Counted from the stretch's first letter, positions 1 to 12,753 are shown. The stretch: 64,000 bases of DNA from Eledone cirrhosa (GCA_964016885.1 OZ024742.1:148366001-148430000), one strand, 5' to 3'. The notes: generated by a model from the letters alone, not told the origin. Translations and numbers: made by a program.

Positions 1-23
1 CGTGACATCGAGGTCAATCAGTG

Positions 24-523
24 GAAATTTTAGTAAGTAAGTTAATTTTATAATTTTCTTATTTTACGTCTCTCATATTATTGTTCTGCAACCCCATGCA
101 TTGAACCACAAAGTTACTAAGACAAAACCTATATATTTGCTTGCATTGATATGCATCCGTATGTATATATATGTTACTAGATATTAATTCTTTATAATTA
201 TCTCCAAATTATTTGTCGAGCAATATTGTCCATGACTGCTGCTATGGTAGCAGGCAGGCCGCTGGCTTATTAGCAAACTACTTTCCACTGATTGACCTCG
301 ATGTCACGTGATTGATTCTTTTTGAATTTGCCACCGACGCAGAGGCAGTGATTTTCTCAATGGCTAGGAATTCAGTCCACGCTTTGCTATTTTCTATCCA
401 CTGAATTATTTTTTAATAAGTTTCCAGAGTCCACGCTTAGATGAGAATAGTCTTCCCTGACCCTATATATTTGCTAGCATTGATATGCATCTGTATGTAT
501 ATATATGTTACTAGATATTAATT

Positions 524-528
<5 letters not shown>
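24..528 (+). mobile_element. Non-coding ~530-nt hammerhead-associated repeat (family A), copy running from just after one cleavage site to the CTGA of the next ribozyme
   Basis: Reverse-complement homolog of 8985-9695; ends in GAGAATAGTCTTCCCTGA, the start of the HHR seen at 9151-9234; bases 1-27 are an inverted copy of 282-308. Confidence 0.7.
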
Positions 529-558
<30 letters not shown>

Positions 559-684
559 ATAAGAAACGGAGAATCAGTGTTGCGACGAATAAAATGTATT
601 ATACATATTACAATTGTTTTTCCGGCGACCAGCTCGAGGCACGATCGATGTAATACTCGAACCGGACTCTGAAATCGCAAGGTC

Positions 685-770
<86 letters not shown>

Positions 771-867
771 TGTATGTATGTATGTATGTATGTATGTATG
801 TATGTATGTATTATGTATGTATGTATGTATGTATGTATGTATGTATGTATGTATGTATGTATGTATG

Positions 868-1474
868 CCAGGTCACCAGTCGGTGCTACTGGTAACATGT
901 ATCCCAGTACAACCTGTCTCATGGTCGGGTCGTTGGCGACTAAACTGGCAACCCCACCAACGTTTCTTGGTGAGGAGGGTGACTTTGGACATCCTGCAGG
1001 ACTAAAAACAAAACCTGTCAAAGGGCAAAGGAGCTCTTAAGAGTCGATGGCCATCCAAAATCACCGGCAGAGATGACCCCTTAGACTTTGTCAAGGCAGA
1101 ATTCTAAGAGAAGGAAAACTCTGATATAACACCTGCAACTCTGATGGTATCCAATGATGTTGACTTGTTCTTCTTTTTGGTAAATATCATCTTGGTTAAG
1201 AGAGTGGGACTGGCTTTGTGCAGTGCCTTTGCTCACTATAAAAGCTTCACGGCACAGGCATTGCTTTATATCTGGAGATATCTCTGCACTTGTCGTCACA
1301 TGGTACCATGGGCCCAGCACTATGTGTCAATAATTGTCACAAGTGTAGTGTTTGTACCAGAGTTTTCAAGTCGCTGGCTGGACTAAAAAGTCACACTCGT
1401 TCAGCGCATCGGTAGGGGTTCTCCTACATGGATATAAGGTAGTGGCCGTACTCGAAAACGAGTTGGCAGCCATC
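868..1474 (+). mobile_element. Non-autonomous bipartite RTE-derived element in a (TATG)n tract
   Basis: Nearly identical to 12754-13360; 1344-1415 encodes CSVCTRVFKSLAGLKSHTRSAHR*, like the C-terminal C2H2 finger of RTE ORFs; 3' hairpin CTCG-AAAA-CGAG; (TATG)n on both sides. Confidence 0.7.
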
Positions 1475-1607
1475 ATGTATGTATGTATGTATACGTATTG
1501 TTATTACTCTGGGGTACCTTTCCCCATCCGAGTGGTAAAGCTACAGACCGAATTTGCATTCGTTAGCTTGGCCGCGAACTAAAGCTTCGTTAATGCTGTA
1601 CTAAATT

Positions 1608-1687
<80 letters not shown>

Positions 1688-1711
1688 ATAGACGTTCTTG
1701 TGAGCAATTAA

Positions 1712-1777
1712 ATTTTATTATACATATTTCAGAGGTACTTGAATCAAGTTCAATAGTACGTCCTCATCAGATAAAAT
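1712..1777 (-). ncRNA. Type I hammerhead ribozyme
   Basis: Minus strand: ATTTTAT-CTGATGA-stem II-GAAA-TATGTA-TA-ATAAAAT; stem I pairs over 7 bp; AUA triplet. Confidence 0.75.
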
Positions 1778-2592
1778 AAAATGATACATGACATACCCTG
1801 ACATGTTAAATGGTTAAGATTTAATCAAGGTAGTGATTAACTTGTGAGAAAACTCAATATGTATACCCTACAAATGAGAACATGCAAAAACGTAATAGAA
1901 TCAATAGAGAGGGTGTGAGTAAGAAAAAGATTGCTTTAATGCAGTTATAGAGTTATTAAAGTTTGAAATACTACTGTAGGACTATAGAGGAAGACTATAC
2001 ATATCTGGAGTTATATTAGTTTTTAGTTTGAGAATGCAGCTGATATATAATTAAAGAGAGAGGGATAAAGGGGAGTAATTTATGCACAAATATTCTTCGG
2101 ACACATATATAAACATATATAGCCTTGGCGGTTAAGTTTCAAAATATTTAATTTATGTTATTTTAGGGTAAAGAATCAAAATTTTAGATTTTAAAAGTTG
2201 ATGGTAATTTCTGTTATAAATTTTATAAATGTGTTAAATTTCTAAAATTCAAAGTTTTATGAAATCAAATTTAAAGGATTTACTAAGCCCGCGAAAGAGA
2301 AATATACACTGTTCAATATTCACGCAAAGGTAATCTTTAACAATATTACTTGTAACAGTGTCAACATTTTCCATATAGTTTATGAAGTATTTACAGTTAT
2401 AATTATCAAGGAATTTATTGTTAAATAGTTATAGTGTCTAAAGTATAACAATTAAACCAGAGTTTTCAGCTGTAAATATATATATATATATGTGCATTGA
2501 TCTTAATAAGAGGACTATACATTTTTATTTTTATTATCTATTCATATATTATATTAGATCATTACATTAGTTCAGTCTTCTAGGGAAGAACC

Positions 2593-2800
2593 GAACTCTA
2601 ATTATGATTATGTCAATATAGAATATAAATATATATATATTTGGACAAGCTATATATAGAGTTATACCGAACTAAAATTATGATTGTGTTATTATACATT
2701 ATAAACATATTTGCACAAAACTATATACAGAGATATATCGAACTATAATTATGATTATGTTATTATACAATATAAACATATTTGCACCAACTAGATATAG
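2593..2800. repeat. About 3 imperfect ~70-bp tandem units
   Basis: Recurring GAACTATAATTATGATTATGTTATTATACAATATAAACATATTTGCAC. Confidence 0.65.
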
Positions 2801-3235
2801 AGAGATATACTAAGTATTAATGAGACAGTATACATTTAGTAAAGGATAACGATTACAATCCTAGATAATAGATTCATACATGCATAACTATAAAAATGTA
2901 AACGGATGAATGATACACAGTTCAAAATAAGGTTCGTAAAAATTTACAGGTTAGATATCAAAACTATATTTAAAACAGATAGAAAAATAAAGATCTGGAT
3001 CAAAGTTAATAATATCAAAAAGCCATAGGTTATGTATATCAACCTGCCAACATGTTCTTAAACAAGTGTCATTCATTCAAACGTTGTTTCCATTATAAAT
3101 GATTAGAGGATAAAGCATTATTAAAGTTTTATAAGCCATTATGATTTATATTTTCAACAATTGATGATGTACGTCTAAAACCCAGGCTTGGTTGGTTACT
3201 GTTTTTTCGTGACCTTATGCGAGGCTTGGAATGTA

Positions 3236-3291
<56 letters not shown>

Positions 3292-3440
3292 AAAGACATA
3301 TACATATATATATATAAAACAAAAACAATGTGGTAAGAAACCAGGTGGACTATAACGCACCAGAGTACTCGATACTTAGGGTAGTAGAGATCTAGCTGTC
3401 GAAACGGCCGGAGCTCAGCCGTGGGGGTTCTGACTCTTTT

Positions 3441-3500
<60 letters not shown>

Positions 3501-3594
3501 GAATGAAGTATTTCCGTCGGAAAGGTACAGGATAAAAGAGTGTTCTATGTAGGATACAGAGGTAATTATGTAATAAACAACATAAGATAATTAT

Positions 3595-3653
3595 TTCATT
3601 TACCAGTGGTTTCTTGAAGGCAGATGCTGTCTGTCTTCAGACGTCACAATGAA
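3595..3653 (-). ncRNA. Degenerate hammerhead ribozyme
   Basis: TTCATT-gTGACGt-long hairpin-GAAA-CCACTGG-TA-AATGAA; stems intact, core has 2 mismatches. Confidence 0.45.
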
Positions 3654-4071
3654 TAAATAACATGGTGTTTTTATTAAATATGGATTTGAAAACAAAATTT
3701 AGGAAATATGAAAGTGAGGCTAAAAAAAACGCGTGAAAGGAAATAGGGGAAAAAATATTAAAAATATATATATATAAAAATAAATATCCAGAACATAAGC
3801 ATACACACACTCAACTACGCGCATATACGTAATAGTACGTAGACGTATACTTCTCACATAAGCGTATTTGCGTCTACATAGCAATACGAACAGGGACATA
3901 AATACATACACATACATATACACAGATATATATGCACTCAAAAATGTACACACAAATACACACGCACACATATAAAAAGGGGGTGTACACACACATATAA
4001 ACATACATACATACAAACATAAAAAACACAAAAAAACAAAAAGCTCTATACATACGCGCACGTGTATATAT

Positions 4072-4106
<35 letters not shown>

Positions 4107-4176
4107 CACACGCACACGTACACATACATACCCATACACACATATATACAAGCATACACACACACACATACACATA

Positions 4177-4238
<62 letters not shown>

Positions 4239-4399
4239 CAACTTCTACTTATATATATATAAGTAGAAGTTGTATTTAATTTGTTGGAAGTCCGACAAAC
4301 ATAAATGTTTATAACTGATTTAGAGCACTCAACAAGTTACTGGAGTAAATATTCAATGATATTAAATAAATGGAAACTATATTTATAAAACCATATTTA

Positions 4400-4460
4400 T
4401 TTTATTATATATATTTCAAGGGCAACCAAGACAACACTGGTACGCTTTCATCAGATAAAA
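4400..4460 (-). ncRNA. Type I hammerhead ribozyme (left arm of inverted repeat 4354-4626)
   Basis: TTTTAT-CTGATGA-AAG..CTT-GAAA-TATATA-TA-ATAAAA. Confidence 0.75.
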
Positions 4461-4521
4461 TACAAAGTTTGTTTTATAAATAGAAACGTACCCATGAAAA
4501 ACATACCTTATCGGTTGGAAA

Positions 4522-4578
4522 TTATCTGATGAAAGCATACCAATGTTGTCTTGGTTGCCCTTGAAATATATATAATAA
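4522..4578 (+). ncRNA. Type I hammerhead ribozyme (right arm of inverted repeat 4354-4626)
   Basis: TTAT-CTGATGA-AAG..CTT-GAAA-TATATA-TA-ATAA. Confidence 0.72.
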
Positions 4579-4621
4579 AATAAATATGGTTTTATAAATA
4601 TAGTTTCTATTTATCTAATAT

Positions 4622-4695
<74 letters not shown>

Positions 4696-4697
<2 letters not shown>

Positions 4698-7600
4698 AAG
4701 GCGGGTAAAATTCCCGAGATCCATGGACGAGTTCTCTCCAGCGGTCTCTGTCCCTCATTATCGCTGCCATGTCCTGCGTCTCCAACAGACCAGTGTCTGT
4801 CCTTAGGGCATCAACATATGTTAACCTTGGTCTTCCTCTTCTAGTGTGTCCATGTAGGGGCTCCCAAAGGAGCACTGAGTGCAATGTCAACTCTGGATGT
4901 CGGTGAGCATGTACAGCCAACCCCAGTCTCCTCTGTGTCACTCTTGAGCTGACTTTTGGGATGCTCCCATACAGCTCTGAGTTTTTCATCCTCAGTGTAT
5001 ACTGATTAATGTTCAGAGCCATCCTCAGCATTCTCGTGTAGCACCCATCCACCATCTGAGTGAGTTTCTTGGTCAGTGTCCAAGTCTCAGACCCATACAG
5101 CAGCACAGACTCCACTACAGCAATGAAGAGGCGGACCTTCAGGTCTCTACGAAGGTCCGACTTCCACACCGATCTCAAGCTGTGGCACGCCGCCCAGGCC
5201 TTGCTCTTCCTCTCAACCACATCATCTTCCGTATTCCCAATCTTTGCTCCCAAATACAGGAAGTCCTCAACCAATTCCAGCGGCTTCCCGCCTACATTAG
5301 TGATCCCCTCTGGCTTCTCAACATTCTCTACCAGATATTTTGTTTTAGTCTCATTCATTCTCAGCCCCACACTCATCGACACAGTCTCAACCTCCCGCAT
5401 CAAATCCTCTGTCTCCTTCACTGTATTTGTCACCAAAACTATGTCGTCGGCAAATTCAGCATCCGATACCTTTTTCGCCCTAACTCTCCTGCTCTGAGCC
5501 GGTGCTACAGTAAAGCCAGAGTCCTGGTGTTTCTCCAGTGCAAGGCGCATACAATAGTCCACTACGATGATAAAAAGGTAGGGAGCCAATGTATCTCTCT
5601 GGAGCACTCCAGCCAGTATCTCAAAGAACTCTGTCATCCCATCAGGTGTAATGACTTGGGCTTTGGTGTTGGTGTAGAGCAGTGATATCAGGTCCACTAT
5701 CCTCTTGGGGATTCCATAAGCCTGTAAGATCTTCATCAGGCAGTAACGGTCCACAGAATCAAAGGCCTTCCTAAAGTCAATGAAAACCATGACCGCAGGA
5801 AGGCACTTTGCTCTAGCTCCCTCTAATATCCTCCTCAGCATCAGGATGTGACTGGTGGTTGATCTACCCTCTCTGAAGCCGTTCTGGTTGTCCCTGAGCT
5901 TCTTCTCCATCTCAGGCTGGATCCTGTTAAGAATCATCCTGTTGAGGGTCTTTTCCACAAGTGACTTCAGTGAGATCCGCCGGTAGTTGTTGGTGTTAGA
6001 GAGATCTCCCTTCTTTGGCACTGGGACGATGTTACTGATCCCCCACTGATTCGGGGCAACTCCTTTCTCCAGTGCCCCGTTACAGAACCCCAGGATGATA
6101 TCATCAAAATAACACCTCTTCATCACCTCTGATGCCACTCCATCTTCTCCATGAGCCTTGCCCTCCTTGATCTTCCTCTTGGCTCTCTGAAGCTCCTCTC
6201 TGGTGAAGGGCTCTGTCTCAACATCCAGTTCCTCAAACAGCCGCCTGATCTCTCCAGTGCTCTGGGCTGTGGAGGGTGGCTCTCCTAGAAGGGTCCTAAA
6301 ATGGTCTAGCCATTTCCTCTTCCTATCCTCGGGCCCCGTTCCCTGGATCTGACTCGAACACCTTCTCTTCCTCCCTGTGATCTCGTTGATGATCATCCAG
6401 CTCTCCTTACATCCAGATCTGTCAACCGCTCTCTCCACACTTCTGATTTTCTCTATCAGTGCCCCCTCTCTGACCTCAGTGTAAGCGGTACAGAGCTCTT
6501 CCCTCATCACCTCCAAAGTCTCCATCATCTCCTCCGTAGGATCAGCATAGAATTAGTCCCTGGCAGCTTTCAGGTGTTCTCTGGCTGCACACACTTTTGG
6601 GTTTGCAGAGCTGACGTGCTTCCCTTTGTTCTTTTTCCTCGGCACCAGGGTTTCACTTGCTTCCGCCACTGCATTGGTGAAGTGCCCGTACCTCCTCGTC
6701 ACACTCTCCTCAGTCCATCCAATCTCTCTCTCCTCTGACTCTCCACACAGAGCACTAAACCTGTTTCTCACTTCCACTGTGAACCTCTCCTGTAGCTTAT
6801 CATCTTCCTTGAAAGCTCCCCAGGCATAGATTGTTCTCCGGGGCTGAGCCTTGCTCTTTCTTAAGCTCACGCGGACCTCACGCATAACAAGCCGGTGGTC
6901 ACTACCCAGTGTACTGAAATAGCTGTATGGTTCAGTGTTCAGAACACTATTCCGCCACTTTTTCCTCACCAGAATGAAATCAATCTGGGACTTGGACAGG
7001 TGCATATCTGAGATGTAGGTCCACATCTTCCCCAGATTCTTCCTAAACCTTAGGTTGGTCGCCATCAAGTTCGTCTCCAGCAGGGTGTCTCTCAGTAGTC
7101 TTCCATTTCGGTTGGTGTTGTTATGGAAGTACCAGCAAGGATCTTCACTGCCCTCCTTACTCAGATGTGCATTGAAGTCCCCCAAAACAAGTAGGATATT
7201 GTGTGCCTGAGTGGTGTTGACAGCTCTACACACCTCCTCATGGAACTCCTCCGCATTCACATCACTGTCCCCCTCGGTTGGACTATAGGCTGAGATGACT
7301 GTCAGTCTTGGGTTTCCATTGAAGGTCACCCTCAACACTCGCGGGGAGATAGACATTATTTCCCTCACCAACAGATTGGTTTTTGCACTGAACACAAAAC
7401 CCACTCCTCCTACTGCAGCATTTGTTGTGTTCTTCACTGCCGATGTAGTGATGAGCTGGCTCTTCCTCCCGATCATCACACTCCTCACGGGCTCATCGTG
7501 TAGAATCCTGTGTTCTTGGATCGCAAGTATCTGTATACCACTCTCCTCGAACAGATGTCCCAACTCCTCTCTCTTCTCCAGCGTTCGAATAGTCCTCACA

Positions 7601-7830
7601 TTCAAAGTGCCCATTTTGATGGCTCTTCTGCAGGACAAAACTGCATTCTTTATATTTGTCTCAGAGACAGCTGATCCATCATCCACTGGCCCTCTCTGTG
7701 GCTCTAGGCCAGCAGAGTCATAACGACCAGGCTGCTCCTTGACAGTGTAATTAGGGGCTCTAACCCTAGTGCTGTTAGATCGACTCTCCATATTTCTTTT
7801 CAATGGCTGACAATACCTTACCGGCGCCAC
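4696..7830 (-). pseudogene. APE-RT polyprotein, 1045 codons, interrupted by one in-frame TAA at 6553-6555
   Basis: ORFs 6553..7830 and 4696..6528 are in the same frame; the linker reads RD*FYADPTEEMMET. Confidence 0.88.
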
Positions 7831-7999
7831 TCGAATAAGGTAGTTATTTAACCCATAAATGGAGCCCTAACAGGTACTACCACCCCGGGCCAGGGCAGAC
7901 CTGGGAGTCATGACAACTAAGGGGTAACTCCACATTCCCCACATCTCCTGAACTCCCGAACTGGAGCCTTGCCACTGGATGTAGTTTAATGTCATACCC

Positions 8000-8005
<6 letters not shown>
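4696..8005 (-). mobile_element. RTE-clade non-LTR retrotransposon, near full length, inserted in (AT)n
   Basis: APE domain (GTLNVRT, IQEHR, LGDFNA, SQIDFIL, GSDH) plus RT (QNGFR, FIDFRKAFDSV, FADD, LLYGSETW, RGRP); stop codon abuts (AT)n; ~175-nt 5' leader. Confidence 0.92.
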
Positions 8006-8055
<50 letters not shown>

Positions 8056-8176
8056 TAATAATAATAGTAATAATAATAAATTTGAAGACTAAAATCCAAA
8101 GAGGGCTCGATAAGGATAAATATATATCAAATATATAAGAACCGTAGAGCAAATATTTATTAAAATAACAGATTAA

Positions 8177-8227
8177 AGTTTAAGCAAAGAATCGCTGCTT
8201 TCACCCTTAACGGGATCTTCTGAAACT
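8177..8227 (-). ncRNA. Hammerhead-like motif with CAGAAGA core
   Basis: AGTTT-CAGAAGA-TCCC GTTAA GGGT-GAAA-GCA..TGC-TT-AAACT. Confidence 0.6.
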
Positions 8228-8893
8228 AACAAAGTCAATCTGTAAAAGCAGAAGTGGATATTTCAAAAAACGTTGCAACCGGAGGAAGACAGGAAGACGA
8301 TACTTTGGTTCGTGGAAACGTTCCCTGGCGAATAACGGGGAAAAACGAATATAATACGTCATTACACATATTTATATGTGCGTGGTTTTGTATACCTATG
8401 GCAAATGTTTTCGCGTATGCTTGTGTATGTACGTATTTGCATGCGTGTATATATTTATTTAATTTCTATTACCTCGGTATTGTATTTTATTTACTTTATT
8501 CTTAACTCTGAAGCGGAGATTCATTCGGTTTCCTAGTTAGAATTTTAGTCTACGACTTCAGCTATACCATTTACGTGGTTTTGTCTTTGCGTGCAATTGT
8601 TCTCCACGCTCCACGTATGGCGTATTATCTTCGTTTTTTCCGTTCATTGCCAGAGAACGTCTCTATGAACCACCTAAGAGAACATTAGTCTACGACTTCT
8701 TTTATACCATAAACGAGGTTCTGTCTTTGCGCGTAATTGTTTTTCACCGCTCCTATTAATGACGTATTATATTCGTTTTTTCCCGTTCTTCGCCAGGGAA
8801 CGTTTCCACGAACCAAAGTATCGTCTTCCTGTCTTCCTCCAGTTGAAACGTTTTTTGAAATATTCACTTCTGCGTTTACAGATTGACTTTGTT

Positions 8894-8944
8894 AATTTCA
8901 GAAGATCCCGTTAAAGGTGAAAGCAGCGATTCTTTGCTTAAAAT
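8894..8944 (+). ncRNA. Hammerhead-like motif with CAGAAGA core (second copy)
   Basis: Inverted copy of 8177-8227 with a few substitutions. Confidence 0.5.
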
Positions 8945-8984
8945 TTAATCTGTTATTTTAATAAATATTTATATATATATATAT

Positions 8985-9755
8985 AAAGAATTAGTATATC
9001 TACCAACATATATATACAGATGCATACCTATGCTAGCAAATATATAGGTTTTGTCTTAGTAACTTTGTGGTTCAATACAAGGAGATGCAGAACAATTATA
9101 TGAAAGACGTAAAATAAGAAAATTATACAAATTAACTTACTAAAATTTCACTCCAACTAATTAGTTTCTGAAAAGGAATAAACATGGATTCCAATCGGAA
9201 CAACATGGAGAAAAGTCCTTTCGTCATCAGGGAGATCTATTCTCAGCTAAGTTCCCAGGCAATGCGTGGACACAGGGAACTTATACAAAAATAATTCAGT
9301 GGATGGAAAAAAGCGAGCGAGGACTAAATTCCAGGACATTGAAAAAATCACTGCCTACTTGGTCGGTGGCAAATTCAAAAGAATCAATCACGTGTCATTG
9401 AGCTTAATCAGTGAGGAGTGGGGTGCTAATAAGACAATTGCCTGACTATTACTATGAACCATAGCAGTAGTTTTGGCAAATTTTTGCTCAACAAAATAAT
9501 TTGGAGATAATTATAAAGAATTAGTATATCTACCAACATATATATACAGATGCATACCTATGCTAGCAAATATATAGGTTTTGTCTTAGTAACTTTGTGG
9601 TTCAATGCAAGGGAATGCAGAACAATTATATGAAAGACCTAAAATAAGAAAATTATAAAAATTAACTTACTTACTAAAATTTCACTCCAACTAATAAGTA
9701 AGTTAATTTTTATAATTTTCTTATTTTACGTCTTTCATATAATTGTTCTGCATTC
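8985..9755 (-). mobile_element. Family A repeat, about 1.3 tandem units plus a short terminal inversion
   Basis: Direct repeats 8985-9160 and ~9512-9694 give a ~530-bp period; 9695-9755 is an inverted duplication. Confidence 0.75.
9151..9234 (-). ncRNA. Type I hammerhead ribozyme with long stem II
   Basis: CTCC-CTGATGA-CGAAAGGA...TCCTTTTCA-GAAA-CTAATTAG-TT-GGAG; palindromic AACTAATTAGTT stem III. Confidence 0.78.
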
Positions 9756-9853
<98 letters not shown>

Positions 9854-10054
9854 ATACTTGGGGAGGGTCATATTTGTGTAATATTGCCAGAATTAATAAC
9901 AGAACACACTCACTGTTTGGTTGGTTTTCGCTTTTCGCTTCTGTGTCTTTTATATCGGTAATCTAATTTATTCGGTCCTCAATGTTGCCATTGACTGACC
10001 AGCGGTCAAAAATAATACAGATACAATATAGACACAAACACATATATATAGTTT

Positions 10055-10095
10055 ATCAAAGTTCTTTTGTTGCACATCTGCAACATCGTCAGTGG
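10055..10095 (-). ncRNA. Degenerate hammerhead (GAAA mutated to AAAA), related to the 31459/48949 family
   Basis: CTGACGA-T-GTTGCA GATG TGCAAC-aAAA-GAACTT-TGA. Confidence 0.5.
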
Positions 10096-10276
10096 TGCTA
10101 TTGTTTCCTCCCGTTACATTGTATTTTCTACGCCATCTTTATTTAGTCTGTTTATATATTTATTTATTTGTTTATTTTATTTTGTCTTCTTTGCGCATGC
10201 GTTTGCGTGTGTGTATAGTGTTTTGTTTCGACACACGATTTCATATAAAAAACCTCGCAAAACTAATTCATCGCCG

Positions 10277-10353
<77 letters not shown>

Positions 10354-10624
10354 CATACACATACATATACATACATACACGCACAAGCACGTATCAATAT
10401 GTGCGAGTCAATGGGAAGTAGTTTAGAAACAGGAATAACTAAATAAAAAAATAAATATTAACAAAAAATACAATATATATATATATAAGCAAAAGGGATA
10501 TTCAGTTTGTTGGTAATTCAACAAATATAAATATAAACTGATTCAGAGCACTCGGCAGGTCTTCTGGAGTATAATATTCAATGATATTAAATAAATGGAA
10601 ACTATATTTATAAAACCATATTTA

Positions 10625-10681
10625 TTCTATTATATATATTTCAAGGGTACCAAAACTTTGGTACGCTTTCATCAGATAAAA
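10625..10681 (-). ncRNA. Type I hammerhead ribozyme, same family as 4400-4460
   Basis: TTTTAT-CTGATGA-AAGCGTACCAAA G TTTTGGTACCCTT-GAAA-TATATA-TA-ATAGAA; flanks homologous to 4310-4480. Confidence 0.75.
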
Positions 10682-11161
10682 TTCAAAGTTTGTTTTATAA
10701 ATTTTGACATAACCAAGGAGAATATACCTTAACGGTTCAAGTTGTCCTTGGATAGTGAAGGGATAAGAGAAGAAAAGTCAGATATTTCAAATTATTAAGA
10801 TGAGTATGCAAATATGGTTGAGGTATAGGGCTGAAAAAAACGTTATTTTAGACGCTATGGAGAATTTAAATAATTACGATATGTGTATGTATGTGTAGGA
10901 AAGAAGAAAAAGGAAGAAGAGCCTGTATTTTCGTTAATTTGGGGGAATGGTGGAATATGATTCCAGAATTTAAATTTATTTAGCTACATTATGAGTTATA
11001 ATATTGTATATATAATCAATTAGATTATATGAGGAATTATGGTTGTAAGGACTTTTATCTTATTACATTACAATGGGTTGTAAGTATATAAATATCTATA
11101 TAGATTAATAATTGTGCATGTATTAGTATTATAGAAATAGAAAAATTTACAATTATTAGTT

Positions 11162-11250
11162 GTTTATATTTCTAATATAAACAAGTTTATATTTCTAATA
11201 TAAACAAGTTTATATTTCTAATATAAACAAGTTTATATTTCTAATATATA
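11162..11250. repeat. 23-bp tandem repeat x4
   Basis: GTTTATATTTCTAATATAAACAA repeated. Confidence 0.85.
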
Positions 11251-11592
11251 CGAAGGATGTTGATTTTGTATTTTACATAACAAATAGGTGGTTCAAGTTG
11301 TAAGAGGAGAACAATTTGTAGATTCGAATATTTTGTTCCAGCATTGAAAATGTTTTCAGAATATTGTTAATTTAGCGAAGTTATATAGTTTATCGTACAT
11401 ATTATATTGTGTTTATGTTTGCACGATTGAAAAGGATTGGATAACTCCAATCTTGTTTGTTAACCGTTAAATTTGATGAATGATTTCTCAGAAGATATAT
11501 AGAGAAAATTATATATTATTTTGTGTGAGATTAATTATTTTAGTCGAAAGATGTGTGAAAGTTTGACAGTCAAGTTCTGTCACCACAGAATA

Positions 11593-11631
11593 TGAACCTG
11601 AAGATTGCGAAAGCATGAAAGTACTTGTTCA
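11593..11631 (+). ncRNA. Minimal type I hammerhead ribozyme
   Basis: TGAAC-CTGAAGA-TTGC GAAA GCAT-GAAA-GTAC-TT-GTTCA; palindromic AAGTACTT stem III. Confidence 0.82.
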
Positions 11632-11913
11632 ATTAACACTTAACATTTAATATTCTACCATACTATTTCATTCTAATACCATTAAAAATTTTAAAGGATT
11701 GTAAATAAAACGAGTAAATCAGACAAAGTTGGAATTCCTTTTATTAATATATATATATAGTGAAAATGGAACGGGAACAAAACAGAGAGGCAGTACGAAC
11801 AAAGGTTTATTAGTTTCACGCTCTTATATATATATATACACACACACATGTATACATAAATATACACACACACACACATGCACACCTATACATACACACA
11901 CATATATAAATAT

Positions 11914-11945
<32 letters not shown>

Positions 11946-12142
11946 GTGTGTGTATATATATATATACATATGTAGGAGGTGAGTTTTATTGTAGTACAAT
12001 AAAGCAATGCAGATATCGGATAAGTAGCACTCTATAGTTTGTAGGACTGGAGTATAAATAATATATAAGATCAAAAGATGGTTATGTTGATTTAAAACTG
12101 CACTATTCACAAGTGTTTTTTAACCTTCATATCATGTCTCCC

Positions 12143-12213
12143 TATTTTATCTGACGAAAACGCAAATGTCATCGCATGATGATATTTGTTTTTGAAATGC
12201 GCATAATAAAATA
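12143..12213 (+). ncRNA. Type I hammerhead ribozyme
   Basis: TATTTTAT-CTGACGA-long stem II (CAAATGTCATC/GATGATATTTG)-GAAA-TGCGCA-TA-ATAAAATA; palindromic stem III. Confidence 0.82.
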
Positions 12214-12651
12214 TATGGAACTCTTTTAACCATCTTTTGATCTTATATATTATATATATACATATATATATATGTGTGTGTGTGTGTGTGTATAATATAT
12301 TTATCATATATATATGTTTAGGTTAGAATGTGTGGCTGCCTGTGTGTTTGTATGTGTGTTTGGGTGTGTGAGCGTGTGTGTATATGTGTGTATATGTGTG
12401 TGTTTATAATAGAAATGTCACTGCATGAATATAATAAGAAAGAAGCACTCTGTTAGGTCGGACCTATAAAACCGTGTTCGTATTGATCTTTCCAATGCTG
12501 ATACTATCTCTCAGTCACGACTACTGACATAAATGACTAAGCGTAATAAAAAGCCAAGTAACAGTAACAGTATATTTTGAGAATCTTATACATATGCGTG
12601 TTGGTCTATTATACACATACATATTTAAAGGTGAAGGTGGAGGGTTTTTTT

Positions 12652-12683
<32 letters not shown>

Positions 12684-12753
12684 TGTATGTATGTATGTAT
12701 GTATGTATGTATGTATGTATGTATGTATGTATGTATGTATGTGTGTATGTATG

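Larger units (their letters stand above)
8152..8972. repeat. Inverted repeat with ~215-bp arms (8152-8366 / 8755-8972), each carrying a variant hammerhead
   Basis: Arms are reverse complements; near-identical ORF translations at 8254+ and 8685-. Confidence 0.85.

Noticed and set aside
5060-7723. Plus-strand ORFs over the RTE (likewise over CR1 and CRE)
   Set aside because: Antisense shadows of the real retrotransposon reading frames
11162-11250. 23-bp repeats of CRISPR-like length
   Set aside because: Head-to-tail with no spacers, no cas genes, eukaryotic context
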